Positions 15,795 to 25,024 of a stretch of 27,725 bases of DNA are shown here, piece after piece. Both the position numbers and the translations under genes were made by a program. The notes under the pieces are model-generated. The model made no database searches. It saw only the letters and a program-made list of their open reading frames with translations, and was not told the DNA's origin. Within the stretch, counting starts at the first letter, position 1. Each line of letters opens with the position of its first letter. This DNA comes from a virus (lineage: Duplodnaviria > Caudoviricetes): IMG/VR virus record IMGVR_UViG_3300029183_000035, positions 1-27,725 of that record; one strand, given 5' to 3'.

Positions 15795-16210
15795 TTTTTT
15801 TTAGCGTCTTCAATCCCTTCATCGAGTTCGCCCTTTAGGTTGTCGAGTCCGGAATGCTTCAGCACCTGATCGGCAATCTGTTCGACGCTCGCTGAGTCCA
15901 GCTTGCGGCCAAGCAATTCTCGACCTTTTGAGGTGTCGTAGATTCGGGTTCCGTTCTGGTCCACGACCGACTTTGAAATCGTTTTGACTTTGATGCTACG
16001 CAGCGACTTGTGCGTTCGCTTCGCGCTCATCTGCCATTCCGTGAACGCGTCCATGATTTCGATTTCCGCCTCTGGGCGCAGCGAACAAAGGCGAATGCGG
16101 CAATTCAGTCGCTTGCATGTGAACGACATGTAACGAGGCTCGTCCACCGCGTCGATGATTTCTGTAAAGTCTCGTAGTGCTTCGCCTTCTTCTGTCATGT
16201 GTCGCCTCAA
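15791..16210 (-). CDS. Tail assembly chaperone (gpG-like), copy 2
   Basis: KSVVDQNGTRIY..IEDAKKN C-terminus with slippery site; lies before the tape measure. Confidence 0.8.
   Translation of the reverse strand: MRRHMTEEGEALRDFTEIIDAVDEPRYMSFTCKRLNCRIRLCSLRPEAEIEIMDAFTEWQMSAKRTHKSLRSIKVKTISKSVVDQNGTRIYDTSKGRELLGRKLDSASVEQIADQVLKHSGLDNLKGELDEGIEDAKKN
15794..15802 (-). other. Programmed -1 ribosomal frameshift slippery site
   Basis: GCT AAA AAA AAC TAG: heptamer A AAA AAC directly before the stop of the G-like gene. Confidence 0.8.
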
Positions 16211-16635
16211 GTGGTTGTGTATCCGTCGATTCGTAACTGGATGGTTGCCCCGTGCAAATCCTCTTCGAGCGTGGGCAGGCCCGAGGGAATGTAATCTTCT
16301 CCCTGATCGACAACCCGAACGGCTTGGCAGGTTCCACCGCCGATGGCGCCGATGTAGTGATGCTTCGCCCTCAGACGACCGGCCAGCGTGTCCACATCGT
16401 CGATGTCCTTGGCGTACACCTCGACATCAAACGTCGTGTAGAACGGGGTGTCCTCTGCTTGCTCAACGCTTCCCTGCAACGTCTCCGCCGTTGATGTCGT
16501 CGCGAGGCGATACCAAATGTAGGGCCCAACGTAGCTTTCGGGTGCGATGTTGCGATGAACCCGGGAATCATCCACGGTTTCGCTGATAGTCGCATCCGCC
16601 AGCAAGAACGATCGCAAGTCTTGAGCAACGCCCAT
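16207..16635 (-). CDS. Tail terminator/completion protein (DUF3168/gp17-like)
   Basis: DLRSFLLADATISETV..RVHRNIAPE..PYIWY..FDVEVYA pattern. Confidence 0.75.
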   Translation of the reverse strand: MGVAQDLRSFLLADATISETVDDSRVHRNIAPESYVGPYIWYRLATTSTAETLQGSVEQAEDTPFYTTFDVEVYAKDIDDVDTLAGRLRAKHHYIGAIGGGTCQAVRVVDQGEDYIPSGLPTLEEDLHGATIQLRIDGYTTT

Positions 16636-17052
16636 TTAGTCCTCCACGTCGTAAATGTCGTGCGTGTCTGTCGTCGGAACTTCACCGAAGACTTTGTTCG
16701 TGGCGATGACCATGCGGGCCACGGATTGCAAGTCGTCGCCGGGGATGTTCTCCAGCGCCAGTTTCCCTTCGTAGCCGGGGAACAGCAGACGATTGGAGTC
16801 TGTCGGCACCAGACAGATTTGCAAGATCTTCACCGCCAAATCTACGCCGTGCTGGCCAATGTCGTATTCGTGCGACTGACAGCCGACAGCTTGCAGGTCC
16901 TGGCGAATCTTCTTTGTTTGTTCCGGCTCGTATCGTCGTATCCGACACCCGCCGCCCAGCGAGGAAACCGTGATGTCGGTAAATCGGGGAATCGATTCGT
17001 CACGAACGATTCTCGGTAGTCCAGAAAGAACTTCTTGGTTTTGTTGAGTCAC
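16636..17052 (-). CDS. Tail assembly chaperone-like protein, copy 1
   Basis: Directly after the tail tube gene, AAGGA RBS, GTG start; shares PR[FY]..CRIR..VK....V....R...G..L pattern with 15791-16210. Confidence 0.6.
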   Translation of the reverse strand: MTQQNQEVLSGLPRIVRDESIPRFTDITVSSLGGGCRIRRYEPEQTKKIRQDLQAVGCQSHEYDIGQHGVDLAVKILQICLVPTDSNRLLFPGYEGKLALENIPGDDLQSVARMVIATNKVFGEVPTTDTHDIYDVED

Positions 17053-17064
17053 GTTTCAGTTCCT

Positions 17065-17481
17065 TTATGTCCGAGTGATTGCAGTAACGCGGTGAACGGT
17101 AACGTCGCGGGCAATCAGGTTGCCCACTTCCCGAGGCGATGGGTCCATGGACATGACAACGCCCGTGAACTCATCCGTGACCGGCGTACTGTGGGGTGTG
17201 ACGAGCTGCCATTCCCTTTCAGCCTTGGAGTCGAACAAGGTGTCAATCTTTTCGTGTTCCGTGTCGCCTGGATGCCACAGTTGGGTGAACGTGAAGTCCG
17301 AAATGGCTTCCGCCGCCGCCTTGTCCGTTTCGAGCGAATCGCCCAACACCATCGCGTTGACTCGTTGCCGTGTGCGGGGTGGTGGCGATACGGAAGTGAT
17401 GAGCCCCACGGCATCGAAACTTGCATCGTCGTCATGGTCTAACTTGACCACTTGTCCTAGTGAAACTTGCCTGTCGGCCAT
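17065..17481 (-). CDS. Major tail (tube) protein
   Basis: 138 aa; ITSVSPP..R..V..L..FTFT..W.PGDTEH..LF..WQL..F.G.V pattern of siphovirus tube proteins. Confidence 0.8.
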   Translation of the reverse strand: MADRQVSLGQVVKLDHDDDASFDAVGLITSVSPPPRTRQRVNAMVLGDSLETDKAAAEAISDFTFTQLWHPGDTEHEKIDTLFDSKAEREWQLVTPHSTPVTDEFTGVVMSMDPSPREVGNLIARDVTVHRVTAITRT

Positions 17482-17492
17482 AGCGTTTGCCT

Positions 17493-18809
17493 CTATCTAA
17501 AAGTGACTTTCCAATTCATGTCGCGTTTCACCGACTTCAGGAAAAACGCACCTGTACCCGAGATGAAGAAACCGCGTAGCGTGTTCTCGAACTGACGAAT
17601 GGAACGCGCAACAAATCTGTTCCCTTTCGTGCCTGGGTGCCGAACTGTGCCCCGGAATGGACGACCATTGATATTCAACGGCTTGCCTTGCTTGGGGCGA
17701 ATCGCGTGGGCTCTCGTCGGGCGTTCGACCAAGTGCATCGGAACAGCACCACGCGTCGAACCACTGATTCCGCCACCTGTACCAACACCGCCTGTCGGGG
17801 CACCTTGCCGGCCGACATTCGCTTGACTGATTTGAACTACGAATCGTCCCCGTCCAACCGGAACCAACCGGGATCGCAAGCTACGTGCAAATCGGCCTGT
17901 CCTCTTGGGCGCGTTTCGACGCAGGGTGTGTAGAAGCAACTTCTCTGCTTGCTTCAGCGTGATGGCGAGACGCCTTTGCAGTTCCTCGCGAATGCTCCGG
18001 ATGCTTTCGGAAGACACCGTTGAAACAGAGGCACTAATCGAAATCGTTGCTTCTGTGGGAACCAGGTAGAACCCGTTCGTACGCCCAGGATTCGTACGTG
18101 CCAAGTTGGTTCGACCCTGATGGGGACTGTAACCACGGGGCCGCGTTTCGCGCGGGCTGGCTTTCCTCGGCGGGCGTCCGATTCTCGATTTGGTGGGAAC
18201 GTGCGTTTTGACGTTCGGCTTAGAGGGCTTGCGAGGCGGTTTAATGGGCGAACGCTTGCGAGTCCCAGGGAACGTTGCACCGCCACCTGCTCGCGTCTTG
18301 GCGCTAGGTCCTCGCGGGCGAGACGTGTGAGAAGGCTTGCGAGGTGGCTTGGGCTTCGCACCGTGCGTGAGCCCGTGGGCATTGGCACGGGTTTTTGCAC
18401 CAGCGAGACGCCGGGGTGGCTTCTTGCTGGTGCGCGTGTTGACCTTTGCCTTGGGCTTGGCACCGCTATTCGCCTTGGTCTGTGATGATGTCCCCGCACG
18501 CGTCTTAGGTGCCTTGCGTTTCTCTTTCGTTGGGACCGTGTAGAGACTGCCCACGGGCGCGTAGCGTCCACCAATGCCACGCCCCGAGGCATCCTTCACC
18601 CCACGAATGAACTTTGCCTTGCTCGTGCTGCGAACGTTGTACTTGGAGCGATCGGCAACAGGAATGTTTTTAGGCGGCTTGATAGGATTGCGGATAGGCC
18701 GACTAACACGCACCGGGGCAGGTGGCGGGCCCAGCGGATTCGTCGGCGGATCAACCGGAATATCAAAGGCGAACTCAATGCCGCCATCGCTATCGGATTT
18801 GCCTGCCAT
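17493..18809 (-). CDS. HK97 gp10-like neck protein with long K/R/P-rich N-terminal extension
   Basis: C-terminal RNAPKRTGRFARSL..HLVE..HPGTKGNRFV motif and position after the head-closure gene. Confidence 0.7.
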   Translation of the reverse strand: MAGKSDSDGGIEFAFDIPVDPPTNPLGPPPAPVRVSRPIRNPIKPPKNIPVADRSKYNVRSTSKAKFIRGVKDASGRGIGGRYAPVGSLYTVPTKEKRKAPKTRAGTSSQTKANSGAKPKAKVNTRTSKKPPRRLAGAKTRANAHGLTHGAKPKPPRKPSHTSRPRGPSAKTRAGGGATFPGTRKRSPIKPPRKPSKPNVKTHVPTKSRIGRPPRKASPRETRPRGYSPHQGRTNLARTNPGRTNGFYLVPTEATISISASVSTVSSESIRSIREELQRRLAITLKQAEKLLLHTLRRNAPKRTGRFARSLRSRLVPVGRGRFVVQISQANVGRQGAPTGGVGTGGGISGSTRGAVPMHLVERPTRAHAIRPKQGKPLNINGRPFRGTVRHPGTKGNRFVARSIRQFENTLRGFFISGTGAFFLKSVKRDMNWKVTFR

Positions 18810-18811
18810 GA

Positions 18812-19138
18812 CTAAACCTCTTCCGCCACAAGCAACTCGTATTCAAAGCCCTTCTCATCCGGGTCGCTAATGTGGCCGATGTAGAGCTTGCGAGTTCCGA
18901 ACAAGACGTAGTCAGTGACCAGGATGGGCTTGACCGGGTCCTGGTAACCTTTCACGCGGTGGGTCGCTTCGGCAAACATCTTGCGGGCCCGAATCTGCTC
19001 TAACCCAGAAAGCCCTTCGATGGTGCAGGGCCACGACTCAATCAAGGTGCCTGGGTCCGAGTCCTTTTCCTTCAGACCGTTTGCGTCCAGCGTGGTTGCG
19101 GGCCGTTTGATGTCAACGAAATGTCTATGGGCGCTCAT
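18812..19138 (-). CDS. Head closure / head-tail adaptor (SPP1 gp16-like)
   Basis: RHFVDIKRP..DANG..WPCTIEGLSGLE..ATHRV; synteny. Confidence 0.85.
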   Translation of the reverse strand: MSAHRHFVDIKRPATTLDANGLKEKDSDPGTLIESWPCTIEGLSGLEQIRARKMFAEATHRVKGYQDPVKPILVTDYVLFGTRKLYIGHISDPDEKGFEYELLVAEEV

Positions 19139-19721
19139 ACGTCACCTCGTAGTCAATCATTTCATCGCCGTATCGAAATTGTTCCAGCATGGACGCTACC
19201 CACGGCGATATCTCTCCTTCGCCGCTCCGATGGTTGAACCAATCGTCCACCATCATCATCAGGCACGATTGGTAGTCCCCAGGTAGCGAGCCGAATCCGC
19301 ACGTGTAATCAATTTCGATTGCGTCTGCCTGCTGTCGTGGGGTAGGCCATGCCTTGCCGTATGCGGGGCAAATCCGGCCCGGTTCGCGACCGGTCGACAC
19401 GATGTAGTTGGACGAATCCCAAGTTTGTTGAACGCCGTCTGTATCGATGTACTTCAGCGAGACAACGCTTTGCAGTGGCGCACGCGGAAGGTAGATTCCC
19501 CGCCGAGGAAAACGATCCAGCGTGAACCGTCTGGTGGCGGTAAACACTTGCCGGTTCGTTCGCTCCTCAATGATTCTCGTAGCCCCTATCAACCAATCGT
19601 GAAACTTGCCGTCGTGCCCCGTGACGCTGGCAGCGACAGACGAATTTCCCTTGGCTTCCCCTACCAGGGACAACGTTCGTGAAAACGTTGTGTCATTGAC
19701 TACAATGTCGGAGTAGCTCAC
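19125..19721 (-). CDS. Head-tail connector (gp6/gp15-like)
   Basis: ATRIIEERTNR..LPRAPLQSVVSLKYIDTDG..IDYTCGFG..LMMMVDDWFNHR. Confidence 0.9.
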   Translation of the reverse strand: MSYSDIVVNDTTFSRTLSLVGEAKGNSSVAASVTGHDGKFHDWLIGATRIIEERTNRQVFTATRRFTLDRFPRRGIYLPRAPLQSVVSLKYIDTDGVQQTWDSSNYIVSTGREPGRICPAYGKAWPTPRQQADAIEIDYTCGFGSLPGDYQSCLMMMVDDWFNHRSGEGEISPWVASMLEQFRYGDEMIDYEVTYERP

Positions 19722-19912
19722 TTCTTGGTCGCCTTGCGTGGACGAGACTTGGTGGCTGTTCTGGTCTCGGGCTTCTGCTCACCCTCGACAGGTTTAGCTC
19801 CAAAATTGTCGATCAAAAACTCGGCAGTGTCGGGATCAACCACGTACGTGACATCCGGCTGGAAGCAGTGCGTGGAAGTTTCTGTACGTTCATCGAAACG
19901 CAAACTAGGCAT
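19718..19912 (-). CDS. Small post-capsid protein
   Basis: GGAGG RBS; V.PDTAEFLI..GA..V with basic tail, typical of small genes after HK97-type capsids; ATGA overlap downstream. Confidence 0.7.
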   Translation of the reverse strand: MPSLRFDERTETSTHCFQPDVTYVVDPDTAEFLIDNFGAKPVEGEQKPETRTATKSRPRKATKK

Positions 19913-19933
19913 GCGATTGCCTCCTATGCAGAT

Positions 19934-19979
19934 GAGAAATAGTGGGCGCTGGAATCCCAGCAAAAACCCCAGCGCCCAC
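19934..19979 (-). terminator. Hairpin/terminator after the major capsid gene
   Basis: 11-bp stem GTGGGCGCTGG/CCAGCGCCCAC (19942-19979) followed by TATTTCTC on the minus strand. Confidence 0.6.
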
Positions 19980-19991
19980 CGTTCAAGAGGA

Positions 19992-21311
19992 CTATGCAGC
20001 CAGCGTCAGATACTTGACGGGATTGGTGCCTGCGTCCAGCAAATCGCCATCCGCACGAGTCCAACCCAGAAACGCGACCTGACCAAGTTCGGCGTATCGC
20101 TCGTCCAGACGAATCAACGTCCATTCCATCACATCGCGAACGATGTACTTGGAAAGCTCGCCGAAAAGAATCGCTTTGGCAGAAGCTCCACTCGGCATGT
20201 CCTGATTGATCTGATAGCCGTAGCCGTCAATCGTGTCAGGAGCGCCGACGGCCACCCCTGGCAACCAGAGCGGACGATTTTGGCTGTCCTTCATTTCCTT
20301 GACGATTCGCAGCGTCGTATCGTTGAACATCCACTGAGCCGCGCCATTTTCGCGGTAAGCAGGGTCCACGCTGTGAGATAGCTGCAAGAGTTCGCTGTGC
20401 GTCAACGCCGCATTACTGGCAGTCGTCACACTGGAGTCGGCAGCCGCGTTCAACAGCCCATTGGGCTTGCTGCTGCCGTTGGCCGTCGTGAACTCCTCGT
20501 TTTGGATCCTTCCTACCCGCTCGCCAAGCAACCGGCCTAACAAGGTAGACATATCCGTTGCGGAATCTTGCATCAATTCCAGGCTGACCCGAACCATCTT
20601 GGACGAGTATTTGTACGCCTGCAAGACGAGCTGACCAAGCGTTACATCCTGCTCGTTGGCAGTCGTGTTCTCGTCAATCCGCTCACCTTTGTTGCTCGTA
20701 TCGTTCGTGGTGGGAATCGGTAAATCCGCTCCCGTGGTCGTCCGTTGAATCGTGGCAACGTTGCGAATCCCGCCAAACTTGAGCAAGGCGATTTCAATTT
20801 CGCCCATCATTTCATCGGGCACGGCATGTCCACCCGCAGTCGCTGTCCCGACAGACTGAGCCCGTTGGTAAGCTTCGGCGAGAGTCCGGGGGGCCCGAGA
20901 TTTATAGCGAAGCTCAAGTTGCTTCAAATTCAGGCTGATTCCCGTTCGTCGAGCCGCCTGAACGCAAGCGTTGGGGACTCGTCCGGTGGGAGCCAGAAAC
21001 CACGCTTGCAGCGCCTGAGAACGGACCTGACTGGAATAGACACCCCGTCGGTCTAACCGGGCAGCACCAACTTCCGTGCGACTCTCGAAGGAGAACCGGT
21101 CTTGATCCGAAGCGATTCGGTCAGCCACTGCGCGTCGCTGAACGTCGTGACGTGCCCCTTCCATACCTCGAAGGATTCCATCGTACTCGTTGGATAGCCG
21201 ATCGAACCTTGCCCGCTCATAAGAGTTCCAACTGGCGGAACGACTTACCATGCTCCGAATTTCGTTCCCAATCTTCTGCCGTTTGGCTTGCAGTCTTCGT
21301 AATGCGTCCAT
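19992..21311 (-). CDS. HK97-family major capsid protein
   Basis: AGGHAVPDEM..VSLELMQDS..GSSKPNGLL..MKDSQNRPLW..ILFGELSKYI; helical N-terminal delta domain; ATG 21311 with AGAGG RBS. Confidence 0.95.
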   Translation of the reverse strand: MDALRRLQAKRQKIGNEIRSMVSRSASWNSYERARFDRLSNEYDGILRGMEGARHDVQRRAVADRIASDQDRFSFESRTEVGAARLDRRGVYSSQVRSQALQAWFLAPTGRVPNACVQAARRTGISLNLKQLELRYKSRAPRTLAEAYQRAQSVGTATAGGHAVPDEMMGEIEIALLKFGGIRNVATIQRTTTGADLPIPTTNDTSNKGERIDENTTANEQDVTLGQLVLQAYKYSSKMVRVSLELMQDSATDMSTLLGRLLGERVGRIQNEEFTTANGSSKPNGLLNAAADSSVTTASNAALTHSELLQLSHSVDPAYRENGAAQWMFNDTTLRIVKEMKDSQNRPLWLPGVAVGAPDTIDGYGYQINQDMPSGASAKAILFGELSKYIVRDVMEWTLIRLDERYAELGQVAFLGWTRADGDLLDAGTNPVKYLTLAA

Positions 21312-21344
21312 TTCAAACCCTCTAGTTGCCCGTGCGAGGGTACG

Positions 21345-21407
21345 AAAAAAGGCCAATACCCATACACGGTTGACGTACTTATCAACCGCAGACGGATACT
21401 AGCCTTT
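21345..21407 (-). terminator. Long RNA hairpin with U-tract between protease and capsid genes
   Basis: About 26-bp stem with 7 G.U pairs and 1 mismatch on the minus strand, 6 nt loop, ending in T6. Confidence 0.65.
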
Positions 21408-21475
21408 CGCATTCACCTTCTGCTAACTTTGGTGTGTTTGGTTACTCGCGTTCGCTTTCGCCATCCACTCTTTTA

Positions 21476-22126
21476 TTATTGGCGACGTCCCGTTCGCATG
21501 TCAACCAACATCTGCCTTGTTCGCACGATATCTGCGATTACTTCTGCGGCTGTCACCCCAACGCTTGCCGCAACCTGGGCCCGCCTGTTGTTGCCAGTCG
21601 TGGACTGTTGCCGCGACTCTGAAAATGATTTGCGTGCTTGTGCCGTCGTTGCACGGTAGGCCGGGAAGGTTACCGGGCCCACGTCGAACAACGGCTTCAC
21701 TTCCGTGATTTCGAGGATTTGGGCGTTGTCCTCAAAGCGTCGGTTTTCGTCGCCAATCTCGAAAGCGAAACTGCTTCCCGTAACTTCACCTCGGTCGATG
21801 AGCGTTTTCACGTCCCGGGCCGTCTGCGTGTCTGGCAAACGTGCCTCGTAGTGAAGACCGATATCGTCAACGGTTAGCTTGCAGGTCCCAGCCTTGTTCC
21901 TGCCTAAGACTTCCGATTCCTGGTGATTGAAGAGTGCGTAAACGTCATCTTCCCGTATCGCCCGATCAAACGCGCCTGGCATGATGCGCTCGAACACGCC
22001 AGGGCTGATTTCGAACTGCGTATCGGGATCGCCCGCGCGATAGAACACCGCTGAATACCCCGTGATGACGTTGGCACCTGAGCTATCGATTATTTCGACG
22101 TTCCGATTGTTGGCGCGACGTTCCAT
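21476..22126 (-). CDS. HK97-family prohead maturation protease
   Basis: GYSAVF..ERIMPGAF..ALFNH..LGR..GSSFAF..DVGPVTFPAY. Confidence 0.95.
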   Translation of the reverse strand: MERRANNRNVEIIDSSGANVITGYSAVFYRAGDPDTQFEISPGVFERIMPGAFDRAIREDDVYALFNHQESEVLGRNKAGTCKLTVDDIGLHYEARLPDTQTARDVKTLIDRGEVTGSSFAFEIGDENRRFEDNAQILEITEVKPLFDVGPVTFPAYRATTAQARKSFSESRQQSTTGNNRRAQVAASVGVTAAEVIADIVRTRQMLVDMRTGRRQ

Positions 22127-23637
22127 TGTTCCATCCGATCGGCAAATTCAATTACTGCACTGGCTAGTTGTTGCTCAGAGACACTTTCTAGGAGCGTTTC
22201 CAATTCTCGTTTGGCTTGACCGCAGAAGTCCCCGTACAGGTTGCGTTTGACGCCCCTGAAGCACTCTGTCAGTGTTTCGTCGAGGCTTTTATCCACCCAG
22301 TTCACAAAACGATTGGCTTGTTTTCGCTTGACCTCTTTTCGCAGATGATTGGCCACTTTGCGAGCGGCATTGGCAGCCTTCACCGCATCTTTGATGTCGA
22401 ATTCCGTCGGAACGTCGACGGGAGTTTCTGCGGACGGCGTTGAACCGGGAATTTCCTTGTCCATGTTCATGGGCGTGATGTAGTAGTCACCCCCTGGCCG
22501 TGGATTGCGGCCCCGACTAATCAGATACTCGTTGGGAGACATTGCCCCCATTTCGACCTCGGTTTGTCCGATGCTGGCAGCCGTTTGCGGGTCCAGTTCG
22601 AGTAGCTCCGAAGTATCGTGCCGATACTGGTGGATATCCTCTCGTTGCTCGTCATCCGTCAACAACTTCATCCAGCATTCGCTTCGAATCGTGCAAAGGT
22701 GCGGTGAAAGCGTTGTGCTGAGATAATTCTTGTTGTCTTCGTACTTGCTGTTGTAGCTTTGGCTGTCACTTAGCCCGAGTCGCGAGGGTGGCAAGTTGAA
22801 CCAGCGCGACACGTCGCGAACCTGGGTCTCTCGCAGTTCGTTTAGTTGCGAGTCCTCTGCATTGATGGTCGTTTCGTGGAACTTGGCGCCGTCCCTGAGA
22901 ACCATTGCACGGAACCAATTGTTCGGGCCTGTCTTGGAATAAATGCCTTCCACCAAGTTGTCCGCCGCCTTCTTGGTCATCGCGGGTGGAATCTCCAAGT
23001 ACCCGCCCGACTGCGCACCCTGCTTGAAGAACCGGCTGGCGAACTTTTGGGCAGCCAGACCCAGCGCCCAACTGTCCCGAGCTTTCTTCACCAGTTCACA
23101 GTCACTCTTGCCATCGACGCTGAAGTTTTCGAAGTGCAAGACTTGGGAGGGTGCGAGCCCCTGAATCTGACCGGCGATTTCTGTGACGTAGATTTGCTCT
23201 TCATCCACCCACTTGGTTCTGTCGGGTAACAGGGGCAACAGTTCGACAGGCCCAGAAGACCCAAAGCGAATCCATGCGTAGGCGTGGTTCCAGAGACAGA
23301 GGTGGACCATGAGCCGCCGCCAAAACTTGAAGGCGTGCATCTTCTCGTTGGGCTTTCGAGAAACGAGGAAATGCGTGGGATGGCGTTCGTCGACAATCGT
23401 TTCGCGACCGCGTTTGATCTTCTTTTGCAGGGGCAGCTTGGCGATGTCGCCGCTAATCATGCTGACCGCTTGCCAGACCGGTGGGTAGTTGAGAGACGAA
23501 CGCGCACCAATGCGAATCCCTGAATCCGTCTCCGACTCGCCACCCAGATATTCAAGGACGTTGTCACCCGACAACGGTATCGCCGGGTTATTGATAGACC
23601 GCTGCTGGCTTCGAATTGAAAACAGTTTGGTGAGCAT
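22090..23637 (-). CDS. HK97-family portal protein
   Basis: VWQAVSMISGDIAKLPL..LLPLLPDR..VLHF..RFFKQGA..VSRWFNLPPSRLG..MSPNE; ~120-aa C-terminal extension. Confidence 0.95.
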   Translation of the reverse strand: MLTKLFSIRSQQRSINNPAIPLSGDNVLEYLGGESETDSGIRIGARSSLNYPPVWQAVSMISGDIAKLPLQKKIKRGRETIVDERHPTHFLVSRKPNEKMHAFKFWRRLMVHLCLWNHAYAWIRFGSSGPVELLPLLPDRTKWVDEEQIYVTEIAGQIQGLAPSQVLHFENFSVDGKSDCELVKKARDSWALGLAAQKFASRFFKQGAQSGGYLEIPPAMTKKAADNLVEGIYSKTGPNNWFRAMVLRDGAKFHETTINAEDSQLNELRETQVRDVSRWFNLPPSRLGLSDSQSYNSKYEDNKNYLSTTLSPHLCTIRSECWMKLLTDDEQREDIHQYRHDTSELLELDPQTAASIGQTEVEMGAMSPNEYLISRGRNPRPGGDYYITPMNMDKEIPGSTPSAETPVDVPTEFDIKDAVKAANAARKVANHLRKEVKRKQANRFVNWVDKSLDETLTECFRGVKRNLYGDFCGQAKRELETLLESVSEQQLASAVIEFADRMEQWNVAPTIGTSK

Positions 23638-23640
23638 ACA

Positions 23641-23829
23641 TTAGCCAGGCTGTTGTTGTCCGTCTCGTACGATCGCCCAAATGGAGCCCACGGCAATTGC
23701 CAGCCCGCAGAACAGATTTCCCAACCGCCAATCGTACCCGCAAAGGGCGATAAAGCATTGAAGGAATCCCGCTGCCAGTAGGCATTCTCGCAATCGAGAA
23801 ATACTATTGCTTCGCGTTTCGTTCGCCAT
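23641..23829 (-). CDS. Small two-TM membrane protein before the portal
   Basis: Two hydrophobic segments; small membrane genes are common at this position in HK97-like head modules. Confidence 0.6.
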   Translation of the reverse strand: MANETRSNSISRLRECLLAAGFLQCFIALCGYDWRLGNLFCGLAIAVGSIWAIVRDGQQQPG

Positions 23830-24070
23830 CTTTGCTTGCTCGGGTTAGTGCTTCGTACACCTTGCGACCGTCGAAGGCAGAGCGGTTTGTGTTTCCTGCG
23901 AGTTCCTCGATGGAACGCAACGCCTCGGTTGCCGGCTGTACAAGCTTCAGTTCCTCTTGGTGAATTTCTTCTAGTGCCAAGAGGGCCTTGTAATTTCTCG
24001 ACAGTGCCTTGAACAGCGCGCTCACCGCTGCGTCGGTCGCCTTGATCTCATTTTGCGTTGGTAGTGGCAT
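23804..24070 (-). CDS. Small alpha-helical hypothetical protein
   Basis: Tightly packed in the operon; amphipathic helical sequence. Confidence 0.7.
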   Translation of the reverse strand: MPLPTQNEIKATDAAVSALFKALSRNYKALLALEEIHQEELKLVQPATEALRSIEELAGNTNRSAFDGRKVYEALTRASKDGERNAKQ

Positions 24071-24074
24071 GGTC

Positions 24075-24638
24075 TCACGCGAGGGAATTCGCGCTCCTGA
24101 TTACGTTTTTCGCTCGTGTCACGAAATCGCGACGTGCTTTCAATTCAGCCTCAAACTTCCGAGTGTCGACTTGGAGTTGCCGCGTTAGGGCTTTCGCTGA
24201 GTTGACCAATGCCGCTGGCGTCATTGAGGCGCGGGCGTGTCGCTCAGGCGGGGAAGCGTGACGGATGCTTGCTTCCATTCGAGGCGGTGTAAGCTGTAAG
24301 AGCTTGGAAAGGCGATTGACCGCGAGTGTCAATTCCACGGGGATGTCCGGCAGTTGAACGTAACGCGTCTGTATACCGTTCGCCATGTCGGCGTTGCGAC
24401 GATACTCTTCGATGTTTTCCTCGAGAAACGTTTCACGAATCGTCTCACTGGCTTCTTCCAGGCTTTCCGCACGAAACGACCGCCCTGTGTGGCGCCTAAC
24501 TTCCGCCGCCAGCTCACGGGACAGCCTCTTTTGTTTCGCGACCATTTTGAGGTAGTTTTCGACGCTTCGCCGGTAGTGCTGCAACTCTTGAGAGTAGTTG
24601 TTTATCCACTTCTCGGCGTCTTTTAATGCTGCGCTCAT
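24075..24638 (-). CDS. Coiled-coil hypothetical protein
   Basis: ATGA overlap with the upstream gene; charged helical sequence. Confidence 0.75.
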   Translation of the reverse strand: MSAALKDAEKWINNYSQELQHYRRSVENYLKMVAKQKRLSRELAAEVRRHTGRSFRAESLEEASETIRETFLEENIEEYRRNADMANGIQTRYVQLPDIPVELTLAVNRLSKLLQLTPPRMEASIRHASPPERHARASMTPAALVNSAKALTRQLQVDTRKFEAELKARRDFVTRAKNVIRSANSLA

Positions 24639-25024
24639 ACCGTTCTCTTCGATCTTTTCAGGAGTAGTTCAGCGCGATGATTGTCATCGGCCATTTTTCG
24701 AATCTTTGTCAGCAACTTTCCCCACTTGTCGCTCAACGCGCCCCACTGGAGTCGCACGTCGTCACGCAAATCAAGTGCAGCCTGGTCGTTTCTGGGCGGA
24801 CCCGCACGATAAGCGACCGGCGGCGCGTGTGACCGAACAGCACTGCCTATCAACGCCTCGAGCCGCAACAGGTTGTCCATAAAGTCACTCGGCGGCGGGT
24901 TCCTGTTGATTTTTAGATCGGCGTCTCTCTCGAAACTTTCCATCTCTGCAAGATGCTCGCGATATTCGCGGATCATCTTAAGGTCAAACTCATGGAGCCC
25001 TTCGTCACTAAACGGATTTGGCAT
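24635..25024 (-). CDS. Helical hypothetical protein
   Basis: TGATG overlap with the terminase stop; GAGG RBS upstream. Confidence 0.75.
   Translation of the reverse strand: MPNPFSDEGLHEFDLKMIREYREHLAEMESFERDADLKINRNPPPSDFMDNLLRLEALIGSAVRSHAPPVAYRAGPPRNDQAALDLRDDVRLQWGALSDKWGKLLTKIRKMADDNHRAELLLKRSKRTV

Noticed and set aside
23641-23829. Holin call
   Set aside because: Two TM segments, but no endolysin nearby, and such pre-portal membrane genes are common; function not supportable.
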